NCBI GenBank assembly: GCA_964016885.1
Contig: CAXHJY010000928.1
Span: forward strand, 124,001-188,000
Length of the DNA stretch: 64,000 bases
Source of the DNA: Eledone cirrhosa
Lineage: Eukaryota
Direction: 5' to 3'
The stretch's first letter is position 1; each line of letters begins with the position of its first letter. Under the pieces are notes generated by a model that did not search any database, was not told where the DNA came from, and saw only the letters and a program-made list of their open reading frames with translations. Below, piece after piece: positions 52,801 to 64,000 of this stretch. The translations under genes were made by a program, and so were the position numbers.

Positions 52801-55800
52801 GGGATACAGTGTACCTATTGTATACTAGATATATACAGGGAGACAGTGTACCTATTGTATACTAGATATACACAGGAAGACAGTGTACCTATTGTATACT
52901 AGATATACACAGGGAGACAGTGTACCTATTGTATACTAGACATACACAGGGAGACAGTGTACCTATTGTATACTAGATATACACAGGGATACAGTGTACC
53001 TATTGTATACTAGATATACACAGGGATACAGTGTACCTATTGTATACTAGATATACACAGGAAGACAGTGTACCTATTGTATACTAGATATACACAGGGA
53101 GACAGTGTACCTATTGTATACTAGATATACACAGGGAGACAGTGTACCTATTGTATACTAGATATACACAGGGATACAGTGTACCTATTGTATACTAGAT
53201 ATACACAGGGAGACAGTGTACCTATTGTATACTAGATATACACAGGAAGACAGTGTACCTATTGTATACTAGATATACACAGGAAGACAGTGTACCTATT
53301 GTATACTAGATATACACAGGAAGACAGTGTACCTATTGTATACTAGATATACACAGGAAGACAGTGTACCTATTGTATACTAGATATACACTGGGATACA
53401 GTGTACCTATTGTATATAGATATACACAGGGATACAGTGTACCTATTGTATACTAGATATACACAGGGATACAGTGTACCTATCGTATACTAGATATACA
53501 CAGGGATACAGTGTACCTATCGTATACTAGATATACACAGGGATACAGTGTACCTATCGTATACTAGATATACACAGGAATACAGTGTACCTATTGTATA
53601 CTAGATATACACAGGAATACAGTGTACCTATTGTATACTAGATATACACAGGGATACAGTGTGCCTATCGTATACTAGATATACACAGGGATACAGTGTA
53701 CCTATCGTATACTAGATATACACAGGAAGACAGTGTACCTATTGTATACTAGATATACACAGGAATACAGTGTACCTATTGTATACTAGATATACACAGG
53801 AATACAGTGTACCTATTGTATACTAGATATACACAGGGATACAGTGTACCTATTGTATACTAGATATACACAGGGATACAGTGTACCTATTGTATACTAG
53901 ATATACACAGGGATACAGTGTACCTATTGTATACTGGATATACACAGGGATACAGTGTACCTATTGTATACTAGATATACACAGGGATACAGTGTACCTA
54001 TTGTATACTAGATATACACAGGGATACAGTGTACCTATTGTATACTAGATATACACAGGAAGACAGTGTACCTATTGTATACTAGATATACACAGGGATA
54101 CAGTGTACCTATCGTATACTAGATATACACAGGGATACAGTGTACCTATTGTATACTAGATATACAGAGGAAGACAGTGTACCTATTGTATACTAGATAT
54201 ACACAGGGATACAGTGTACCTATTGTATACTGGATATACACAGGGAGACAGTGTACCTATTGTATGGTAGATATACACAGGGATACAGTGTACCTATTGT
54301 ATGCTAGATATACACAGGGATACAGTGTACCTATTGTATACTAGATATACACAGGGAGACAATGTACCTATTGTATACTGGATATACTCAGGGAGACAGT
54401 GTACCTATTGTATACTAGATATACACAGGGATACAGTGTACCTATTGTATACTAGATATACACAGGGATACAGTGTACCTATTATATACTGGATATACAC
54501 AGGAAGACAGTGTACCTATTATATACTGGATATACACAGGAAGACAGTGTACCTATTGTATACTGGGTATACACAGGAATACAGTGTACCTATTGTATAC
54601 TAGATATACACAGGGATACAGTGTACCTATTGTATACTAGATATACACAGGGATACAGTGTACCTATTGTATACTAGATATACACAGGAATACAGTGTAC
54701 CTATTGTATACTAGATATACACAGGAAGACAGTGTACCTATTGTATACTAGATATACACAGGAAGACAGTGTACCTATTGTATACTAGATATACACAGGG
54801 ATACAGTGTACCTATTGTATACTAGATATACACAGGGAGACAGTATACCTATTGTATACTAGATATACACAGGGATACAGTGTACCTATTGTATACTAGA
54901 TATACAGAGGGATACAGTGTACCTATTGTATACTAGATATACACAGGGATACAGTGTACCTATTGTATACTAGATATACACAGGGAGACAGTGTATCTAT
55001 TGTATACTAGATATACACAGGGATACAGTGTACCTATCGTATACTAGATATACACAGGGATACAGTGTACCTATTGTATACTGGATATACACAGGAAGAC
55101 AGTGTACCTATTGTATACTAGATATACACAGGGATACAGTGTACCTATTGTATACTAGATATACACAGGGAGACAGTGTACCTATTGTATACTGGATATA
55201 CACAGGGAGACAGTGTACCTATTGTATACTAGATATACACAGGGATACACTGTACCTATTGTATACTAGATATAGACAGGGATACACTGTACCTATTGTA
55301 TACTAGATATACACAGGGATACAGTGTACCTATTGTATACTAGATATATACAGGGAGACAGTGTACCTATTGTATACTAGATATACACAGGAAGACAGTG
55401 TACCTATTGTATACTAGATATACACAGGGAGACAGTGTACCTATTGTATACTAGACATACACAGGGAGACAGTGTACCTATTGTATACTAGATATACACA
55501 GGGATACAGTGTACCTATTGTATACTAGATATACACAGGGATACAGTGTACCTATTGTATACTAGATATACACAGGAAGACAGTGTACCTATTGTATACT
55601 AGATATACACAGGGAGACAGTGTACCTATTGTATACTAGATATACACAGGGAGACAGTGTACCTATTGTATACTAGATATACACAGGGATACAGTGTACC
55701 TATTGTATACTAGATATACACAGGGAGACAGTGTACCTATTGTATACTAGATATACACAGGAAGACAGTGTACCTATTGTATACTAGATATACACAGGAA

Positions 55801-58800
55801 GACAGTGTACCTATTGTATACTAGATATACACAGGAAGACAGTGTACCTATTGTATACTAGATATACACAGGAAGACAGTGTACCTATTGTATACTAGAT
55901 ATACACTGGGATACAGTGTACCTATTGTATATAGATATACACAGGGATACAGTGTACCTATTGTATACTAGATATACACAGGGATACAGTGTACCTATCG
56001 TATACTAGATATACACAGGGATACAGTGTACCTATCGTATACTAGATATACACAGGGATACAGTGTACCTATCGTATACTAGATATACACAGGGATACAG
56101 TGTACCTATCGTATACTAGATATACACAGGAATACAGTGTACCTATTGTATACTAGATATACACAGGAATACAGTGTACCTATTGTATACTAGATATACA
56201 CAGGGATACAGTGTGCCTATCGTATACTAGATATACACAGGGATACAGTGTACCTATCGTATACTAGATATACACAGGAAGACAGTGTACCTATTGTATA
56301 CTAGATATACACAGGAATACAGTGTACCTATTGTATACTAGATATACACAGGAATACAGTGTACCTATTGTATACTAGATATACACAGGGATACAGTGTA
56401 CCTATTGTATACTAGATATACACAGGGATACAGTGTACCTATTGTATACTAGATATACACAGGGATACAGTGTACCTATTGTATACTGGATATACACAGG
56501 GATACAGTGTACCTATTGTATACTAGATATACACAGGGATACAGTGTACCTATTGTATACTAGATATACACAGGAAGACAGTGTACCTATTGTATACTAG
56601 ATATACACAGGGATACAGTGTACCTATCGTATACTAGATATACACAGGGATACAGTGTACCTATTGTATACTAGATATACAGAGGAAGACAGTGTACCTA
56701 TTGTATACTAGATATACACAGGAATACAGTGTACCTATTGTATACTAGATATACACAGGAATACAGTGTACCTATTGTATACTAGATATACACAGGGATA
56801 CAGTGTACCTATTGTATACTAGATATACACAGGGATACAGTGTACCTATTGTATACTAGATATACACAGGGAGACAGTGTACCTATTGTATACTAGATAT
56901 ACACAGGGATACAGTGTACCTATCGTATACTAGATATACACAGGGATACAGTGTTCCTATCGTATACTGGATATACACAGGAAGACAGTGTACCTATTGT
57001 ATACTAGATATACACAGGGATACAGTGTACCTATTGTATACTAGATATACACAGGGAGACAGTGTACCTATTGTATACTGGATATACACAGGAAGACAGT
57101 GTACCTATTGTATACTAGATATACACAGGGATACAGTGTACCTATTGTATACTAGATATACACAGGTATACAGTGTACCTATTGTATACTAGATATACAC
57201 AGGGATACAGTGTACCTATTGTATACTAGATATACACAGGGATACAGTGTACCTATTGTATACTAGATATACACAGGTATATAGTGTACCTATTGTATAC
57301 TGGATATACACAGGGAGACAGTGTACCTATTGTATGGTAGATATACACAGGGATACAGTGTACCTATTGTATGCTAGATATACACAGGGATACAGTGTAC
57401 CTATTGTATACTAGATATACACAGGGAGACAATGTACCTATTGTATACTGGATATACTCAGGGAGACAGTGTACCTATTGTATACTAGATATACACAGGG
57501 ATACAGTGTACCTATTGTATACTAGATATACACAGGGATACAGTGTACCTATTATATACTGGATATACACAGGAAGACAGTGTACCTATTATATACTGGA
57601 TATACACAGGAAGACAGTGTACCTATTGTATACTGGGTATACACAGGAATACAGTGTACCTATTGTATACTAGATATACACAGGGATACAGTGTACCTAT
57701 CGTATACTAGATATACACAGGGATACAGTGTACCTATCGTATACTAGATATACACAGGAATACAGTGTACCTATTGTATACTAGATATACACAGGAATAC
57801 AGTGTACCTATTGTATACTAGATATACACAGGGATACAGTGTGCCTATCGTATACTAGATATACACAGGGATACAGTGTACCTATCGTATACTAGATATA
57901 CACAGGAAGACAGTGTACCTATTGTATACTAGATATACACAGGAATACAGTGTACCTATTGTATACTAGATATACACAGGAATACAGTGTACCTATTGTA
58001 TACTAGATATACACAGGGATACAGTGTACCTATTGTATACTAGATATACACAGGGATACAGTGTACCTATTGTATACTAGATATACACAGGGATACAGTG
58101 TACCTATTGTATACTGGATATACACAGGGATACAGTGTACCTATTGTATACTAGATATACACAGGGATACAGTGTACCTATTGTATACTAGATATACACA
58201 GGGATACAGTGTACCTATTGTATACTAGATATACACAGGAAGACAGTGTACCTATTGTATACTAGATATACACAGGGATACAGTGTACCTATCGTATACT
58301 AGATATACACAGGGATACAGTGTACCTATTGTATACTAGATATACAGAGGAAGACAGTGTACCTATTGTATACTAGATATACACAGGGATACAGTGTACC
58401 TATTGTATACTGGATATACACAGGGAGACAGTGTACCTATTGTATGGTAGATATACACAGGGATACAGTGTACCTATTGTATGCTAGATATACACAGGGA
58501 TACAGTGTACCTATTGTATACTAGATATACACAGGGAGACAATGTACCTATTGTATACTGGATATACTCAGGGAGACAGTGTACCTATTGTATACTAGAT
58601 ATACACAGGGATACAGTGTACCTATTGTATACTAGATATACACAGGGATACAGTGTACCTATTATATACTGGATATACACAGGAAGACAGTGTACCTATT
58701 ATATACTGGATATACACAGGAAGACAGTGTACCTATTGTATACTGGGTATACACAGGAATACAGTGTACCTATTGTATACTAGATATACACAGGGATACA

Positions 58801-61800
58801 GTGTACCTATTGTATACTAGATATACACAGGGATACAGTGTACCTATTGTATACTAGATATACACAGGAATACAGTGTACCTATTGTATACTAGATATAC
58901 ACAGGAAGACAGTGTACCTATTGTATACTAGATATACACAGGAAGACAGTGTACCTATTGTATACTAGATATACACAGGGATACAGTGTACCTATTGTAT
59001 ACTAGATATACACAGGGAGACAGTATACCTATTGTATACTAGATATACACAGGGATACAGTGTACCTATTGTATACTAGATATACAGAGGGATACAGTGT
59101 ACCTATTGTATACTAGATATACACAGGGATACAGTGTACCTATTGTATACTAGATATACACAGGGAGACAGTGTATCTATTGTATACTAGATATACACAG
59201 GGATACAGTGTACCTATCGTATACTAGATATACACAGGGATACAGTGTACCTATTGTATACTGGATATACACAGGAAGACAGTGTACCTATTGTATACTA
59301 GATATACACAGGGATACAGTGTACCTATTGTATACTAGATATACACAGGGAGACAGTGTACCTATTGTATACTGGATATACACAGGGAGACAGTGTACCT
59401 ATTGTATACTAGATATACACAGGGATACACTGTACCTATTGTATACTAGATATAGACAGGGATACACTGTACCTATTGTATACTAGATATACACAGGGAT
59501 ACAGTGTACCTATTGTATACTAGATATATACAGGGAGACAGTGTACCTATTGTATACTAGATATACACAGGAAGACAGTGTACCTATTGTATACTAGATA
59601 TACACAGGGAGACAGTGTACCTATTGTATACTAGACATACACAGGGAGACAGTGTACCTATTGTATACTAGATATACACAGGGATACAGTGTACCTATTG
59701 TATACTAGATATACACAGGGATACAGTGTACCTATTGTATACTAGATATACACAGGAAGATAGTGTACCTATTGTATACTAGATATACACAGGGAGACAG
59801 TGTACCTATTGTATACTAGATATACACAGGGAGACAGTGTACCTATTGTATACTAGATATACACAGGGATACAGTGTACCTATTGTATACTAGATATACA
59901 CAGGGAGACAGTGTACCTATTGTATACTAGATATACACAGGAAGACAGTGTACCTATTGTATACTAGATATACACAGGAAGACAGTGTACCTATTGTATA
60001 CTAGATATACACAGGAAGACAGTGTACCTATTGTATACTAGATATACACAGGAAGACAGTGTACCTATTGTATACTAGATATACACTAGGATACAGTGTA
60101 CCTATTGTATATAGATATACACAGGGATACAGTGTACCTATTGTATACTAGATATACACAGGGATACAGTGTACCTATCGTATACTAGATATACACAGGG
60201 ATACAGTGTACCTATCGTATACTAGATATACACAGGGATACAGTGTACCTATCGTATACTAGATATACACAGGAATACAGTGTACCTATTGTATACTAGA
60301 TATACACAGGAATACAGTGTACCTATTGTATACTAGATATACACAGGGATACAGTGTGCCTATCGTATACTAGATATACACAGGGATACAGTGTACCTAT
60401 CGTATACTAGATATACACAGGAAGACAGTGTACCTATTGTATACTAGATATACACAGGAATACAGTGTACCTATTGTATACTAGATATACACAGGAATAC
60501 AGTGTACCTATTGTATACTAGATATACACAGGGATACAGTGTACCTATTGTATACTAGATATACACAGGGATACAGTGTACCTATTGTATACTAGATATA
60601 CACAGGGATACAGTGTACCTATTGTATACTGGATATACACAGGGATACAGTGTACCTATTGTATACTAGATATACACAGGGATACAGTGTACCTATTGTA
60701 TACTAGATATACACAGGAAGACAGTGTACCTATTGTATACTAGATATACACAGGGATACAGTGTACCTATCGTATACTAGATATACACAGGGATACAGTG
60801 TACCTATTGTATACTAGATATACAGAGGAAGACAGTGTACCTATTGTATACTAGATATACACAGGAATACAGTGTACCTATTGTATACTAGATATACACA
60901 GGAATACAGTGTACCTATTGTATACTAGATATACACAGGGATACAGTGTACCTATTGTATACTAGATATACACAGGGATACAGTGTACCTATTGTATACT
61001 AGATATACACAGGGAGACAGTGTACCTATTGTATACTAGATATACACAGGGATACAGTGTACCTATCGTATACTAGATATACACAGGGATACAGTGTTCC
61101 TATCGTATACTGGATATACACAGGAAGACAGTGTACCTATTGTATACTAGATATACACAGGGATACAGTGTACCTATTGTATACTAGATATACACAGGGA
61201 GACAGTGTACCTATTGTATACTGGATATACACAGGAAGACAGTGTACCTATTGTATACTAGATATACACAGGGATACAGTGTACCTATTGTATACTAGAT
61301 ATACACAGGTATACAGTGTACCTATTGTATACTAGATATACACAGGGATACAGTGTACCTATTGTATACTAGATATACACAGGGATACAGTGTACCTATT
61401 GTATACTAGATATACACAGGTATATAGTGTACCTATTGTATACTGGATATACACAGGGAGACAGTGTACCTATTGTATGGTAGATATACACAGGGATACA
61501 GTGTACCTATTGTATGCTAGATATACACAGGGATACAGTGTACCTATTGTATACTAGATATACACAGGGAGACAATGTACCTATTGTATACTGGATATAC
61601 TCAGGGAGACAGTGTACCTATTGTATACTAGATATACACAGGGATACAGTGTACCTATTGTATACTAGATATACACAGGGATACAGTGTACCTATTATAT
61701 ACTGGATATACACAGGAAGACAGTGTACCTATTATATACTGGATATACACAGGAAGACAGTGTACCTATTGTATACTGGGTATACACAGGAATACAGTGT

Positions 61801-64000
61801 ACCTATTGTATACTAGATATACACAGGGATACAGTGTACCTATTGTATACTAGATATACACAGGGATACAGTGTACCTATTGTATACTAGATATACACAG
61901 GAATACAGTGTACCTATTGTATACTAGATATACACAGGAAGACAGTGTACCTATTGTATACTAGATATACACAGGAAGACAGTGTACCTATTGTATACTA
62001 GATATACACAGGGATACAGTGTACCTATTGTATACTAGATATACACAGGGAGACAGTATACCTATTGTATACTAGATATACACAGGGATACAGTGTACCT
62101 ATTGTATACTAGATATACAGAGGGATACAGTGTACCTATTGTATACTAGATATACACAGGGATACAGTGTACCTATTGTATACTAGATATACACAGGGAG
62201 ACAGTGTATCTATTGTATACTAGATATACACAGGGATACAGTGTACCTATCGTATACTAGATATACACAGGGATACAGTGTACCTATTGTATACTGGATA
62301 TACACAGGAAGACAGTGTACCTATTGTATACTAGATATACACAGGGATACAGTGTACCTATTGTATACTAGATATACACAGGGAGACAGTGTACCTATTG
62401 TATACTGGATATACACAGGGAGACAGTGTACCTATTGTATACTAGATATACACAGGGATACACTGTACCTATTGTATACTAGATATAGACAGGGATACAC
62501 TGTACCTATTGTATACTAGATATACACAGGGATACAGTGTACCTATTGTATACTAGATATATACAGGGAGACAGTGTACCTATTGTATACTAGATATACA
62601 CAGGAAGACAGTGTACCTATTGTATACTAGATATACACAGGGAGACAGTGTACCTATTGTATACTAGACATACACAGGGAGACAGTGTACCTATTGTATA
62701 CTAGATATACACAGGGATACAGTGTACCTATTGTATACTAGATATACACAGGGATACAGTGTACCTATTGTATACTAGATATACACAGGAAGACAGTGTA
62801 CCTATTGTATACTAGATATACACAGGGAGACAGTGTACCTATTGTATACTAGATATACACAGGGAGACAGTGTACCTATTGTATACTAGATATACACAGG
62901 GATACAGTGTACCTATTGTATACTAGATATACACAGGGAGACAGTGTACCTATTGTATACTAGATATACACAGGAAGACAGTGTACCTATTGTATACTAG
63001 ATATACACAGGAAGACAGTGTACCTATTGTATACTAGATATACACAGGAAGACAGTGTACCTATTGTATACTAGATATACACAGGAAGACAGTGTACCTA
63101 TTGTATACTAGATATACACTGGGATACAGTGTACCTATTGTATATAGATATACACAGGGATACAGTGTACCTATTGTATACTAGATATACAGAGGAAGAC
63201 AGTGTACCTATTGTATACTAGATATACACAGGAAGACAGTGTACCTATTGTATACTAGATATACACAGGAAGACAGTGTACCTATTGTATACTAGATATA
63301 CACAGGAATACAGTGTACCTATTGTATACTAGATATACACAGGGATACAGTGTACCTATTGTATACTAGATATACACAGGTATACAGTGTACCTATCGTA
63401 TACTAGATATACACAGGGATACAGTGTACCTATCGTATACTAGATATACACAGGTATACAGTGTACCTATCGTATACTAGATATACACAGGAATACAGTG
63501 TACCTATTGTATACTAGATATACACAGGGATACAGTGTACCTATCGTATACTAGATATACACAGGGATACAGTGTACCTTTTGTATACTAGATATACACA
63601 GGAAGACAGTGTACCTATTGTATACTAGATATACACAGGGAGACAGTGTACCTATTGTATACTAGATATACACAGGAATACAGTGTACCTATTGTATACT
63701 AGATATACACAGGAAGACAGTGTAGCTATTGTATACTAGATATACACAGGGATACAGTGTACCTATTGTATACTAGATATACACAGGGAGACAGTATACC
63801 TATTGTATACTAGATATACACAGGGATACAGTGTACCTATTGTATACTAGATATACACAGGGATACAGTGTACCTATTGTATACTAGATATACACAGGGA
63901 TACAGTGTACCTATTGTATACTGGATATACACAGGGAGACAGTGTACCTATTGTATACTAGATATACACAGGGATACAGTGTACCTATTGTATACTAGAT
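31821..64000. repeat. 37-bp satellite, ~870 copies, continuing past the window end
   Basis: Consensus ACAGTGTACCTATTGTATACTAGATATACACAGGGAT head-to-tail for >32 kb; the first monomer (31821-31857) is degenerate. Confidence 0.99.

Noticed and set aside
31821-64000. 37-bp palindromic repeat as CRISPR direct repeats, or MYLLYTRYTQG ORFs as genes
   Set aside because: Monomers are contiguous with no spacers. ORFs appear only where TAG is mutated to TGG.
31821-64000. Helitron 3'-end origin of the 37-mer (CTAG plus hairpin)
   Set aside because: CTAG lies in the centre of the dyad rather than downstream of a GC-rich hairpin, and no Rep/helicase sequence is nearby.

Overview
Repeat-only eukaryotic (animal) window with no credible host gene; the SINE and LINE types suggest an octopod cephalopod, which is inference. 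1-9.4 kb is a nest of decayed non-LTR retrotransposons: three RTE-clade LINE copies, tRNA-headed SINEs sharing the RTE 3' tail, a Nin/Deu-type SINE, a CR1-group RT fragment and a 600-bp (TA/TATG)n microsatellite. 9.45-27.37 kb is a ~294-copy 61-bp satellite whose monomer is the last ~20 codons of CR1-group ORF2 (WNKLPASVVSCRDTASFKTSM), amplified inside its parent element: the RT lies upstream, and the ORF end, 3' UTR and (ATT)n tail lie downstream. 27.6-31.8 kb holds an RTE 3' end, an internally deleted mariner with both TIRs, a 102-bp minisatellite carrying a SINE hairpin motif, a Rex3/Expander-like RTE fragment and old SINE relics. 31.82-64 kb is a ~870-copy 37-bp palindromic satellite with higher-order structure. 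Best candidates for novelty: the LINE-born satellite, a PHD-type zinc finger inside the RTE ORF after the RT core, and a nested fold-back arrangement across 0.7-7 kb. Nearly all supplied ORFs are repeat artefacts.
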